Shown piece after piece: positions 1-13,509 of a stretch of DNA of 64,000 nucleotides. Source of the stretch: Nemertoderma westbladi. Its lineage: Eukaryota; Animalia; Xenacoelomorpha. A model generated the notes under the pieces. The model was not told the origin of the DNA. It saw nothing but the letters and a program-made list of their open reading frames with translations, and ran no database searches. The translations under genes were made by a program, and so were the position numbers. Positions within the stretch are counted from its first letter, which is position 1, and each line of letters opens with the position of its first letter. The stretch lies in contig JAUCBJ010001698.1 of the NCBI GenBank assembly GCA_032718475.1, forward strand, positions 1-64,000, given 5' to 3'.

Positions 1-364
1 ATACAACAATTAACTGAAGACAGGGTTATGGCATAGATTCATTGTTCTCTTAACTAATGAGGAATTGCACAACCTCAGTAGTATAATATTATTGCCAAAC
101 CCTGCACCACCCTGCGGGTATCGCGGATGAGACTCATTGGGTTGATATAATCGTTGTAGTCTATTATTTCATTTGGAAAATCGACCGTTACGAAATAGTG
201 CTTGAACTCATATCTGGAATGAATTAAATTCGATCTCAAAGTACCGATTAGCAATCACACTGCACTGACAGGGGACTTTAATCATGATACCACTGAATGT
301 GGCAACTTATGTGTAAAAAGTAAAACCATATCGGTAAAACCAATAATTCCATAAATTTTATAAA

Positions 365-688
365 GTTACTAAAGTTCATCTTCTTTAATAAAATCTAATA
401 ATTTATGCCTCTAGGGTCATCATCAGAGTAAACAATTACCGAACTAGACTACACTGGACTAACTGACTAATCAATATTGAAAAAACCTTATGTAAACGTC
501 TACGTCAATAGTAAATCTAATGTCGGAGAAGACCGAATGTAGAAGTTTATATTAGGTTTACATTAGGTTTTTTAATATTGATGAGTCAGTTAGTCCATTG
601 TAGTCTAGTTCGGTAATTGTTTACTCTGATGATGGCCCTAGAGGCAGAAATATATTAGATTTTATTAAAGAAGGTGAGTTTTAGTAAC
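365..688. repeat. ~320-bp imperfect palindrome (foldback; possibly Penelope-derived)
   Basis: The left arm GTTACTAAAGTTCATCTTCTTTAATAAAATCTAAT...GTAAACAATTACCGAACTAGACTAC is the near reverse complement of the right arm GTAGTCTAGTTCGGTAATTGTTTAC...ATTAGATTTTATTAAAGAAGGTGAGTTTTAGTAAC. Confidence 0.8.
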
Positions 689-764
689 GAGGGAAGTCCC
701 CAACTCAGACCCCATAGAAAAATATGTTGTAAGATGCAATGGAGAAATTGCTTTGGTCACATAA

Positions 765-1514
765 CCCTATTAAACCCGGGGAGGGGGGTCAATATGACCC
801 CCCCCCCCGTGGTTTTTTTATTATAATTCTGAAACAAACGCAGTTGGGAATCTGAAATTTTATGACTTTTCCTAAAAATCTATTGTCTTCCTAGTAGTGT
901 AAACCGTTTTCAAAAATATTGGGTACTTTTCGAGTTATAGCACCATTTTTTAACCCTACTTTTGGCACTTTTTTTGACGTTTTTTGAAAATAACATTTCA
1001 TTAAATATGAATTGTAACATCTCTATTTTTGATTTACAACCGGTTTTTTGTTAGACTTTGTTAGAAATTTGATGGAATTCATATAAATTGATTTAGAAAT
1101 TTCAAACTTGTTTTTTTCGGTGGGGGCCAAATTTTGGTGCCAGCACCAAATTTTGGCACCCACCGAAAAAAACAAGTTTGAAATAAATTTCTAAATCAAT
1201 TTATATGAATTCCATCAAATTTCTAACACCAAAAAACCGGTGTAAATCAAAAATAGAGATGTTACAATTCATATTTAATGAAATGTAATTTTCAAAAAAC
1301 GTCTCAAAAAAAGTGCTAAAAGTAGGGTTAAAAAATGGTGCTATAACTCGAAAAGTACCCAATATTTTTGAAAACGGTTTTCACTACTAGGAAGACAATA
1401 GATTTTTAGGAAAAGTCATAAAATTTCAGATTCCCAACTGCGTTTGTTTCAGAATTATAATAAAAAAAACACGGGGGGGTTATATTGACCCCCCCCCCCC
1501 CGGGTTTAATAGGG
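765..1514. mobile_element. Palindromic piggyBac-type MITE
   Basis: Termini CCCTATTAAACCCGGGG...CCCCGGGTTTAATAGGG are flanked by ATAA/TTAA. The whole element is a near-perfect inverted repeat centred near 1140. Confidence 0.85.
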
Positions 1515-2464
1515 TTAAAGAGATGCAGTAAACTTGGGTACAATAGGAATGAAAAAGTCTAACTTTAGCGTCTTTGGAACAGTTGCTAAATTTTCGAATC
1601 AGAAAATTACCCTTGTGGTATAAACTCGATAACTGATAAATGTTTAAATTGTCAAAAAAGATATGACCCAGGTACTTAAATAAGTCAACAGTGTCAAAGG
1701 ACTTACCATTTATCGAAATAGAATCTATTAAATCACATTACAAGACTTCGGAATGTAGCGCATAAATTTAGATTTCTTGATATTTGTAACTATAGAATGT
1801 CTGTCAGCATACAACAATATCACTGATTAAATTAATTGACTGTGTCAAATAATTTATTTAAACCGGCTATCTTAATATGCGTTCAATTCTATAGGCCTAT
1901 TGTAGAATATGCATTATTGAATACTCATAAATAAAGTATCATTGGAAAGGTACATCATATATATTATATATAGTGGACTAAAATGCATGTCTGACTTTTT
2001 GGATGGCCTTGAAGTGTGGAAAAGATTCAATGAAACCTTATCTGGAATTAATTAAATATGAAGGCGGCATTGGGCCGCCTGCACACCACCACCTCGAAAT
2101 CCCAGTGATTGAATTATTATTATAGGTATCAGTTTGATTTTGCGCAAGGACAATTGATTAGTGATATCAAACAGCAATGCAACACCTCATACAACACTAT
2201 AGTATTTTCCATCTATATAGTAATTACTAAGTAAGTAACTATGTAGCACAAAGAATATGATTAACATTGCCCAAGGAAATTTTTCAGGTTTCCATGAGAA
2301 GAAAATATTAATTAAATATTTAGTTATAGAAATTGGTCATTCATTGACACGTAATAAAATATACAATTGAGACCACAGATAATAAATAACTTTATTATAG
2401 AAAATAAGAAGGAAATTTTACCATAGCATAGCCTAGCTTTTATTCTATTATCTGTACGTTATAG

Positions 2465-2693
2465 TTTTTGGAAGCGAAGAAGCACGAGATACAGACGACA
2501 AGTCAGTTCCACTGAGAGTGATGACACACCAAACTCGTCATTAGAGAAAGCGAAGACAAATGTAATCCCACCAACCAGTGATGTTGCAAAGATAGATGCT
2601 GTCAAGGATCGACGGTTCACCTGCGACACACTCCCCATAAATCCTGTGAAAAGTCTTCCTAAATCTCCCAAACGAATCGATGTTAGTTTACAA
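2465..2693 (+). CDS. Synaptotagmin-family gene, linker exon (FWKRRSTRYRRQ...RIDVSLQ)
   Basis: AG/GT-bounded open frame with a basic juxtamembrane-like start. It ends in phase 0, matching the next exon. An upstream start/TM exon was not identified. Confidence 0.55.
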
Positions 2694-3779
2694 GTAACCT
2701 AACATTATAAGATAGCTTTAGTATTTAAAAATCATCATTATGGAAACTGAGGCACGAAGGATAACATTTTGAATATTGGCTCTTGTGGACCAATATGTAA
2801 TAATGTTGCATTGATAATAATATTTGATTTACATATCAATGTCCCCATGGCCTACTTAAATATTATTTAAGTAGGCCATGATGTCCCCCAATTCCCCACC
2901 CTCTGTGTCTTTTGTACTTTTAATAAATTAATAATATATATATATACTAAATTATGAAATAATATAAAGTAATAATATAAAATATTATTGGTAGTGTAAC
3001 CTATCAATGGGTGTCAAGTTAAAGACCATACCAACAAGCATTATCTAATATTTACAGTGCAGGCCAGGTTAAGTGTCATGATCGAGATATATGTAACAGC
3101 ATACTGGCTGGTGCAATGTTTGACTCAGATTGTTCTGCTAGTAGTAGTAGTGTTTTCAGGTACATAGAATAATCGACGACTTAGAACCCACTTCCTGATA
3201 AATTTGGGGTCGCTGCCGGTTAATTAATTGCAAAGCAAATCTTGGCAATGATCGCTCCTTCAATTTGTATTCTGTATTAGAACTTGCTCATGTTGGTGTG
3301 ATAAGCTCACGAACGATGTGCTTTTGAATTTGATTGTGGATCAATTCCTGACAAGACATTCCACGATGCCAGACCTATGATTTGTGATCCTTTATGTGTT
3401 ACATTGAAAACTATATGAGCATTGTATGAGTCGATGATCCTATTTAATCACATTGCAATATAGAATTTGAAATTGACATTGACATTGTCCTTGACTTTGA
3501 TACTACTACTACTGCTACTATAATCGGCCTACTGCATTGAAACTGCACATTGAGATGCAATGCCAGCTTAACAAAAACATTTTGTTACAACCATGTTATC
3601 CACAATTGTCAAGCCCAATGCAATGTGCATTAAGAATGCTATGCCGGCTTATCATCAAGTTTGCACCGCCACAACTCCCTATCCCCCATGACTTTCGCGA
3701 GATTATCCGCATCTTCAAGGCCAGTGTCCTTTAGGATGCGACTCACGAAAGTCATGGGCTGTTTCTCTCTACGGGGCTG

Positions 3780-4010
3780 CCAAAGCACAAGATTGTTCAA
3801 AGGCTGGTCCTCACGGCGAAATCAATATCCTGCAAAGTGGAGGCGGCTTTATTCAGTGTAAAGCTTGGGGCAACCAATGAGACACCTCCAATGTTATATA
3901 GTGTCTGGTTAGAGATGTGTGCATTGTACTTGACACAATGAACCCGACGTAGCATTCTTGTGAATGTGCCATCCAGAGATTTGGTGTCCTCAGCAGTTAG
4001 AGCCCAGCAT
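3780..4010 (-). mobile_element. RTE-like LINE RT C-terminal fragment
   Basis: CWALTAEDTKSLDGTFTRMLRRVHCVKYNAHISNQTLY, then a frameshifted RLHFAG-like motif, typical of the RTE-clade post-RT region. Confidence 0.6.
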
Positions 4011-4997
4011 AATTTTAGTAATTGTGTAAGCATCAGAATGTGAATCCGATTGGGTGTTCTATTGTAAAGTAACTTAATAAATGGCATTGAGCCGCTTTGT
4101 ATAGAGAGAGAGACAGATACAATGTGATTTTTATATACGTTGTTTTGTAATTGATATGATATCATGCATTTTATGAATTCCTCGAAAGTTATTGTTGTCT
4201 GCTAGTGTTATTTTTTTGTTCACTTTTACTGTCCTTGTCCCACCCATAGAAATTATTATTTTTCTCTCTACAATAATAATTAATCCCCTTCATTACTACG
4301 CAACAGTTGCATCACATTTATCCTTCGTAGAGGTTGGTTATTAAATATACTGGGTGTGGCACCATTTTGATTTCCTGTCAAACATAAAATTAAGTGATGG
4401 TCATTGATTCTCTGTCGCTCAATTTAATTGGTGTTTATGGGCGTTTTACAAAGCCCGTGTAACCTATTAATTTATTGTCTAATACTTGTTCCACAACTTA
4501 TGTGATTAGCAACCTTTTAATTGTATACTAGCTCAACCGGTACAATAACAGTACAGCACGTAGGCGTTCACCTTCACCCACTGTTTTGTTCAGTTGCTTT
4601 AGTTGTTCGCTAGTTGCAGGCGAAAGCTGGTAAAGAAGTCAAATTATGCTCCATGGCGCTTTAATGGAACACATTAAGTTGCACAACCTCTACACTACAG
4701 TAGTTTGTCAAGTTTACGAGATACTCTCGCTCGTTGCAACTTCCATTTTTAAACAAATTTACATGACACCTTAGAATTTATATTATACATTAATATAATT
4801 ACTTTACTTCCCGTCATGAAATCTAGAGCCACGCATTGAAATATATATATTTTGACTTTAAGAATTATCTGCTAAGCTTTTACAGTTGTCAACTTAAACT
4901 CGTATAATGATGTCATTTATGAGGATTTCAACCAACTTTAAAAATTAATATTATGAGGATTTCAACCAACTTTAAAAATTAATATTATCAATTTTAG

Positions 4998-5121
4998 GGA
5001 TCCGAAGGTGGAAGAAAAGTTAGTCTGCGAAGAAGTAGTTGTAACACGAAGTATGGGGAAATCAAAGTTGGACTGAAGTACACAAAAGAGGGCCGAATAC
5101 TTACACTACAAGTCTACAGAG
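4998..5121 (+). CDS. Synaptotagmin-family exon, start of C2A (GSEGG...YGEIKVGLKYTKEGRILTLQVYR)
   Basis: ttttag|GGA...AGAG|gtatgt junctions; C2 beta1-beta2 pattern. Confidence 0.85.
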
Positions 5122-5130
5122 GTATGTATG

Positions 5131-5164
<34 letters not shown>

Positions 5165-5202
5165 TGTATGTATGTATGTATGTATGTATGTATGTATGTA
5201 TA
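5122..5202. repeat. (TATG)n microsatellite
   Basis: Direct tandem repeat right at the intron donor. Confidence 0.95.
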
Positions 5203-5500
5203 TAGCTTATAAGAGATTTATTATTGATAATAGTAATGGTGATAATAAATTATTCTTCAATGTCATTTTGTCCAGATGATACCACCTCAAAATCATTCCT
5301 AGAATCGTAACCGATAACATTTCTATTTTTTGAATGTATTTTAGTATTTTACATTTTTACCTGACGAAAACCACCCAAACCACCACCACTAAAACACCCA
5401 AACTCCCTTACCCCTCCGGAAAAGTTAGTACCGGACAAAGAACCATGCAACACTGGTACCTTTGAATATTATATTAGGCCTACATTATAATATGTTTCAG

Positions 5501-5684
5501 CTGAAGATTTGGGAGTTTTCCAGTGTATCAATCATGTGAATGCCTACTTCAAAGCTTGTTTATTGCCGGGCAAATTACAGAAGCAGCAATCGCCTTGCGT
5601 TAGAGATACAGCAAATCCAACGTTTAACAAAGAAGTAACATTTACTGGTTACAATCTCCAACAATTAGATGATATTAAACTAAG
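5501..5684 (+). CDS. Synaptotagmin-family exon, C2A (AEDLGVF...NAYFKACLLPGK...NPTFNKEVTF...IKLR)
   Basis: tttcag|CT...AG|gtatgt junctions; phases are consistent with neighbouring exons; C2 motif NPxFNxxxxF. Confidence 0.9.
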
Positions 5685-6799
5685 GTATGTTGAATTTATA
5701 TTAGAACTTAATTAAACAATGGTTCCATAAGCAAAACAGAATCAATTTGTATTGAAAGATCTAAATACCATCTCCTAAACAACTTCAGGCAGTGTCTACC
5801 AAATAGAGAGACTTTCTCCATTCTACTGGTGCATAACGTAACCTGGATGTTGGGATTCTGTGGGGCCTTGATCATGTTCCTTTATACTTTGATTAGTTTT
5901 CAGTTTTAGCATCACTGTAGAATAGATGTCTCTAAACTCCCCTCCCAGACCCAGTAATGTAATATAGATTTACGCTCCTTATCCCAGAGTTTGTTCAAGG
6001 CGCATTATATGCTATAAAATTATACAATAATCGAGTTTTCATTGGAAAAACTAGTATTTCTACTTCATCCTTTTGTCAGCCCTATCATTTCCAAATTACT
6101 TCCAACCTAAAATGGGTGTTCTCAAAACAGGGTAGTAAAGTAAAGTTATTGGTAAATAATGAAACACGAGACACTGGAGTCAACCAAAAGGCTTCCCTCT
6201 TTGACATTTGTTGTCAATCCCATATGAATTAATCGATGCCCGATCTGATACTCTATTATTCAAAGTAGAGCACCCTCTTTCCAATCTGATCAAGTAGTAG
6301 CCACACCCAGACGTTGTTTACCAATTTATTAATCTCTTTGTTCGATGTGAATTTAACATCCCACCAACAATTTATATGTTAAGTCCCAATGATTCGACGA
6401 TGTCCATCACTCTAGCATTCTTGGAATCCATATTCCACTCCCGTGTCGAAGGTGATTATCATGTTCCACTCCAGTGGCAACTACACTCACTACAATAAAT
6501 ATACAGGTACATACTGTAGGCTCAAAGTTGCATTGTTTTACAGCTTCCTAGAAAATCCGTCCTACCTAATCTTAATTAATTTTTGCATCATTCGAATTTG
6601 ATCCGGATGTTATAAAATACAGTCTTAAGGGATTAATGATTCGTAATTAATAAATATTATAAGTTTCACTGCATTCAGTCTAGAGTTCGTATTTGAACAT
6701 ATTTTGATTAGTTTACTCTCAAAATTTATTTTCTATTACATCCACTCTTTTATTAGAACATAAATGTTAATGTTTCCGTTAAAATTAGTAGATTTTAGA

Positions 6800-6949
6800 G
6801 GGGTGGAGGGGTCAATATGACCCCCCCCCCCCCCCCCCACCCCCCGCTATTTGTACAACAAAAATAATGAAGGAATAAGAAGAAAATAATAATGAAAAGA
6901 GAATAATGAAAGGTACAAGAAGAAAAATAAAAGGTACTAATAGGGTTAA
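6800..6949. mobile_element. Truncated member of the 765-1514 MITE family
   Basis: Shares GGGGTCAATATGACCCCCC and the terminal TAATAGGG-TTAA. Confidence 0.5.
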
Positions 6950-7259
6950 CCAGATAGGGGGGAGGGGGGGGGGGGGGGGGGGGGAACTGGACGCAATAAA
7001 AATTCACCCCTCTCCAGGGGAAATTCGACGCAAATAATAGCTGATTACTCTCAAAAATGAAACTGTAACCTGTTCTATTGAGTTTAGTTTATTGTTTTGG
7101 TTAAAATAACTTGCCACTGTAACCTGCTCCTTTCCCTAAATTGAGAATTTAACATTGAGACGGCATATTAATTCGCCAAGGCGGGTTTTGAGTTCAGTCC
7201 CCCCCCCCCCCCCCCCCCTGTCTCATAAAATAAGGGGTGTGCAAGCCAAGTATTACCCT

Positions 7260-7600
7260 TTGACCTGGGGCTCAATACAAAACAAAAGCCGATTTACCTT
7301 TGAGTCATTGAAAGACTTACCAAATAAATTAGGAGTGAAAATAAGGTTTAATTTCTTTGAGAGTGGCCACGGCAATGGTTCCGTTGATGGTTTGGGAAGG
7401 TTAGTGAAGCGTACTGCCGCTGAGGCAATGCTCTGGGGGTATGTTTTCAACTCAGCCACCGATCTACTGAGCTGAATCTGAGTTCCACGACATTTAGGTA
7501 CATAAGCAGTGAATCTCTGGCGATCGAAATGCAAAGACTTCCTGGTCCTTCATCATATGGTAATCACCCGAGAATAGCTGCAAGATATAGAGTGGGTTGG
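7260..7600 (+). pseudogene. DNA-transposase fragment (Sola-like)
   Basis: FNFFESGHGNGSVDGLGRLVKR resembles the HGKGxxDGxG motif that I associate with Sola-type transposases. The reading frame is broken. Confidence 0.45.
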
Positions 7601-9409
7601 GGGGAAATTTAAAATCCGCGATATTTCTTGCTATTTCGTGCAGAAGTGGTAATTTCTGTACTGACTTTCCAATCAGAAAAAAGTTAGTGAAATCAACAGC
7701 AAAGACCAACAAACCAGCAACAGCTAAGACAAGCAAACCAACAGGTAACCCACCAAACCCACAGCTAATGTAAGACTAACAATCCAACAGCAAAGACCAA
7801 CAGCGAAGACCATCAATTCCATATCTCCAAGAGGGAAGACCATCTTTTATGGCTTTGAATAGATTAATTTACGGGCAAAAGAACATTTGAATTTGAAACC
7901 CGAGACATTTACTTATATCTTTAAGTCAGTATTGTCTGTCACTGTCGGTGACCTTGACCGATTCAGTATTGTTTATCGAAGGCAACATTGGCGTTTATTG
8001 TAATTTGTGTTGCTAATTCAAATAAATCAGAATCGGAATCGTAATCCTTTGTTTATTCTGACAAGAACATGCTATGTACGATAGGCATACTGTATAGACC
8101 ACATACTGTACCTTGAAGTTACATTGTAGTCAAGGTGGTAATGTATGTGGCATTCGGTAATGTAATAACATTCAATGTCTACTTTAATTTTGTAGACCTT
8201 GAGAGGATAATTATTACTATTCAAAGTCTACATAAGTTTGTAGACCTTGAATTATTAATTCAAGGGACTACATAAGAATTGTATGTAGACCTTGAGCGAT
8301 TTATTTTAAATATTGCAGATAACTTTTTAGACATATTATCTTTATCTTTAAGTATGATATTTGAAAACACCTCGCACAGGCGGTTCCAATGATATATACT
8401 TTTATGTTTTTTTTTTTAATTTGAAAAAAAAATATTTTTGTTACATTATTTTTCACTCTATCTGAGCCAGTACCTTATAATATAAACCAGTAACTGATTA
8501 AATTTCAAAGGAATGTGTAAAAACAGCCTATTTATTTCCACGCAAAGGAAATATTAACAGAGTGGAAAAACCTACACTGACGGAGTGGAGAGTAAGGCAG
8601 GACGACGACCTTTATGTATCGCTATATCCCACCATAGTGGTAAACCGGTATTTTATGTTATCTTAATGAATTTTGATTATTCAATGCAAAATTAAAAAGC
8701 TCCATTCGTAAGTAGTAACATAATTATACAATTGGGTCTCTGGAATATGTGTTAAATAAGTGATGAATCATGTTGCATCGCTTATTTAACACATATTTTA
8801 GAGACCCAATTGTATAATTATCCTATCCATCAGCAGGCAATAAACACAACAATTGGGATAGACATATTGCCAGAGGCTGGCCGCCTTCTCATCTCTTTTC
8901 TATAAACCTCCAGCGATGGAGTGCTACAAGCACCTAAGTTCCTATTATTGATTTTTGATGGCGCCTTCAGCATTGTCATTGTTGGTCTCCAGAAACTGTT
9001 TGCCATCAGATAGGACATCCCAACTGCATGCATACGGGTTTTACGTTTCAATTGATGCACTGATGTGGGTATTGATATCAGAGCGGGACTGCAGATCAAA
9101 CCGGTGGATTGAGTTTGCTTGAAAGTTTCAGCATGAACATGGATTCAACAGATAATACTGGCAAGCAGGAGAAAGCAGGTTACGGGGGGAAGAGACAGAA
9201 AGGAGGTAAGCTGGTGTGGTGAAACCAATAGATATTGAGAAACAATTAGGATATAGCACTGGAAGAGAAACCCGGGACAAGTAGTTCAGTGCTTTTGTAA
9301 ATATATTAATCTGTATGTGTGTTGATCAGAATAATTATTAATTGTAATTATATATTTCACATTAATTAATCTTAATAATAAATATTATATTATATGATTT
9401 GTCCTTTAG

Positions 9410-9548
9410 GGTTCGGCTTTATAGTAAGAGTTCCATCATGTTTCAACGAGATAAATTCTTGGGGGAAGTTCGTATATCTCTTCGCGATACAAACCTTAAT
9501 CAAGGAGAACGAATGTGGTGTCACCTTGATTGCAAGTCATACACTGAT
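9410..9548 (+). CDS. Synaptotagmin-family exon, end of C2A (VRLYSKSSIMFQRDKFLGEVRISL...WCHLDCKSYTD)
   Basis: ctttag|G...GAT|gttagt junctions; DxFLGEV and terminal W-x-x-L of C2. Confidence 0.9.
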
Positions 9549-10299
9549 GTTAGTACATATATGCATAAACAGTCTATAAACAGTTCACATTAAAAGTTGA
9601 TGTTCTAAAACTAATTATTATTATAACCTTTATTGTCTTATTTCAGTTTTAAGAGTTTTTGCGGACACCACTAAATCGTGACAACTTACCAATAAACTGC
9701 GAAAACAAGTGAAAAATCTAGGGATTCTAGTCTGTGTCGGCAAAACTATCGGAAACAGTTAGATCGTTAAAAAGAAAACTACCTCGATACATACAGGCTA
9801 TTATAAATATCGCACTTAATTTTAGTTTTTGATAAATTTTAAATTTAGTTACATATAAAAGGGGGTGCAATAAAATGGAGATTATGAAATAACTGAAGAC
9901 TATATTCACAGTATAAATTTATTTGCCATTGAATCCCCAAATGAGAAACTTAGTTCATTAACAATACAATTAATGGCTATAAATTACAAGTCATGATAAA
10001 CAACAGACAGGCTGACAACAGCACTCTTGTAAATATAGGTGCACCAAGTGTCTCGGTATGTGGCTCAGTACAAGCCAAGCAGTAGGGTCTATTTGAAAAA
10101 ATGGCGTCATTAACAGATGAAATCAAACCATTTGGAAGTAACTTTTGGAAATAACTCAGTCCCGCTAATTAGCACATAATTAGGGGTAATTGTGAGCCAA
10201 TACTTGAAGGAAAGGAGGTTGAACAGATAGGTATACTCACCTTCAACCATGAAAGCGACAAGGTTTTTGAACCATCAACATGATCAATCGTGAATTCTG

Positions 10300-10460
10300 A
10301 ATTGTATAGTGATCACAAATCTGTTCTACAGTTCATTTTGGCTCAACATCCCGAAACCTTTACAGCATTGGGCAAATTGCAGAATCACCAAGTAGAGTTC
10401 CAAGTTGATAAAACCGTGAAACCTATAGCAATGCACCCTCGACCAACACCATCCACCAAA
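10300..10460 (+). pseudogene. Gypsy-like pol relic
   Basis: HPETFTALGKLQNHQVEFQVDKTVKPIAMHPRPTP resembles the protease-RT linker of Ty3/Gypsy elements. Confidence 0.5.
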
Positions 10461-10560
10461 GGTACCTACATATTACTACAAAATTATTACAAAATCATTA
10501 CGTATGTGTGTTTACAGGATTGCACGTTTATTTATCATTATCTTTTTACAATATTTTTAG

Positions 10561-10672
10561 GATCTCGGAATGTTGAACATTTCTGCGTGCTTCCACCAGC
10601 GTGCTAAAACTTTGTCAGTTACCATATTGAAAGCGAAAGATCTTCCAAGGAACCCTTTAACAGGAGGCCCAG
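10561..10672 (+). CDS. Synaptotagmin-family exon, start of C2B (DLGMLNISACFHQRAKTLSVTILKAKDLPRNPLTGGP)
   Basis: tttttag|GAT...CCAG|gtgact junctions; LGxL..S..L.V.ILKAKDLP is typical of synaptotagmin C2B. Confidence 0.9.
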
Positions 10673-11824
10673 GTGACTGACTATTATAATAAATTCCTAA
10701 ACCGTAGGTGTGAGTGGTAGTAGTATAAGTGGGTCACTTAGTAATCTGCGTGCAAAATGTATCACGATCAAACTGAGTCTGTGATTGGTTTACGTTATAG
10801 TTTATGGCACCACAACTCTCACAAGGAACAGTGAGAGTGAAGAGAAAATTTGGGAACATTATTTGGAAAAACAACCCGGGTGTAATAATTACCATGGACG
10901 ATATCGGATTATTGGGTTATTAGATCACACTAGAACCAACTAAAAAACTTCAATAAAACTAAAATTTCAATATCACAAAACATATTTAACGAAGGGCAAA
11001 TTTTTTGACTTCATAAGTAAAGATATGCGTTCATTTAATTTACAAAAATATTCAATATTATTAAACAATTATCATTTTCATTTCATGCACTACGAATTCT
11101 GAAATACTTGCTATAATGATAATATCAATAAATCTAGCGGACCTTCAAAAATCCCAATAAAAATAATTAAATTAATAACACCGAATATTATTATACCTGT
11201 AACATATACCGGGTGTACCATAATGATTGCCCCCAGGCCAGCCAAAACCCTCCTGAACTCCTGGACTCGAAAGAGCTCCTTCCCGGACGGTGGCAAAGGA
11301 TGTTAGCCCTTAAAAGGGCCGTTTTGGTTTGAGTTCAGTTTGATTATGCCACAGAATCACGACCTTCTCTAAAAGTAACATCTCTGATCCTGCCAACCAT
11401 ACGTTTTTCTTCAGAGCCATCGAAGATTGCACTGGAACTTGTCATTTTAATTACTTCAGTTAGGCCTAATTCAGTAAAATTACCAAAGATACACTAATAC
11501 CGGTAACTGAATACTGTAATATATTGCAGTACAGCAAAAGTCAGGCAGTAATAACTGTTATTAACCAAACAGGGCTGCAACCTGCAAAGCTGATGACTAA
11601 CGCTGACTAAATTATATATTTTTTTAATTGTGATTAAATCACAAAAATTGAAAAGTGAGATTGGTTTAAAGAATTACCTATAAGATTTTTATACTTTTGT
11701 ATTGGACCCTAAATTTTTGGACCCTAAATTTTTCTCTTTCGAATGATACAGGATATTACACTAAAGTACATGTCTGGCACTTTTGGCTGGCCAGGGGGGG
11801 GGGGGGACAATCGTTGTGGAACAC

Positions 11825-12225
11825 CCGGTATAATAAACCAATGCCTTACGAAATCCCAATTTCCGAACAAAGTAAAATTATTAAATATTACTCCAATTTA
11901 TAAAAAAGGTAAGATGCTTCCAACTACAGACCTGCAGCGATGACTAGTCATTTTGCAAAAATATATGAACGTGTGATATATAATCAGGTAAATAAATTTA
12001 TAACGCACAATAAACAAATACATAAAAAACAATTCGGTTTCAGGAAGGGATACTCAACCACGGATGCAATAACATATATAACAGAGTGCTGGAGGGATAA
12101 ATTAAATAAGGGGGATCATGTGGCAGTGGCGTTCCTGGATCTGAGCAAGGCTTTCAATTCCGTAAACAGATCCATTTTACTAGAGAGGCTAACATCCTTA
12201 GGATTTCACTCGACATCGACAGGCC
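11825..12225 (+). mobile_element. CR1/L2-type LINE RT fragment, interrupted by LTR element 1 and resuming at 30610-30642
   Basis: ITPIYKKG, QFGFRKGYST, FLDLSKAF. The frame ...LGFHSTSTG continues as LIKNYLTQRQ after the right TSD. Confidence 0.85.
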
Positions 12226-13431
12226 TGTTCGCGCTTTCAGACCTTTAGCAGTTTAACCTGCCAAATTTAGGTGTCTTCTAAGTTATAAATCGACTTTAGC
12301 CTATGACGAGTATTTGATACACTACATTAGCCGAAGCCAGCCTATGCGCGACCATTCACCTGCTGGATATACTCGGGAGACTGGATTCGGAAGCTCTGAC
12401 CTTATTGCGGTGTAGGCCTACTGTATTATTCGATTGATCGTTAATATATAATCTCTGACAAATATTATTCACTTTCGGGAAATACTAACAGTTCCTTTAG
12501 GACGTGGCGCTCTAAATATATAAACAGAGTTATGACTTATACTAAACACAACGGGATGGCTAATGATTCACGTATAAGGCGCATTCTTTAGGAGATGCTT
12601 TGTTATCTGTCACAGTCATGCACACTACCGCACAATGCTGCACACCGATCTGCCGACCTTCACTAATTTTAGTCACATATAAAGAGAACAGCAATTGACA
12701 CCTGTAGTGCCTATGAAATAGCATTAGATTCACTCCAAAACCAATATCATATAAGTCGCAATTGCTATATGTAACCGGTCTCTTACCTTCAGTATATCAA
12801 GAAGATGGGGTTTTATGATTATTTATCGATATTATCCAAATATAACAATATTCCATCAACAGATACAATTAATAACCGACAGTAAATAGCAGTAAAATAA
12901 TGCGGTGAAAGTTATGTATAGCATTTGAGTCTGACCAGTTTGGTTTGATATGTGCTGACTTGATATGGTTTGATAACAGTTATACGTTTCGGTAATCAAA
13001 GCCGTTCTAATGTTTGGATAAAGTCTGAAACACAGAATAATTCCATAGCCGATGTTCTGGCATCAGGAAAAAAGGTAAACATAAACCATAATGCATTGCG
13101 CGATTTCCCGGAGGCCTCTGTGCAAATAAAATGAAAATCGCTCTGATTGGTCGAGTGAGTGAACAGAGTGAGCCTGAACAAAGAAAGCTCCACGAGTACA
13201 CTAAATCAGCTGATAGATGTCGTAATCTGAACTACACTGTATTAAGAGTATTTTGGCGCATTGCGACACAAAATGGCTTGTTATGTCCGCCAAAGTACAC
13301 ATACAGAAAAAACTGCTTTTTATGTCCGCTAAACACCGATACAGTAAGAAAACGGCTTTTTATGTCCGTTAAAACATCTACAGAGTACTTTGCGGGGAAA
13401 ATGACTAGCTAATTCCGCAAAAGCCTTTACA
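12226..13431 (-). repeat. Element 1 3' LTR
   Basis: About 99% identical to 29399-30604 (about 9 substitutions counted by eye). Preceded on the minus strand by the purine tract GGGAGCGG. Confidence 0.97.
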
Positions 13432-13509
13432 CCGCTCCCAGAAAATGGGATTTAATTCTATAAAATATAAAAAATCACAGTTTCTAAAATATAAAAATAC
13501 TCTAAACAG

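Noticed and set aside
13131-13412. 93-aa ORF repeated at 30304-30585 (also the 62-aa ORFs at 33471 and 50318)
   Set aside because: Duplicated only because they lie in LTRs; no recognisable motifs, and not evidently preserved in the element 3 LTR.
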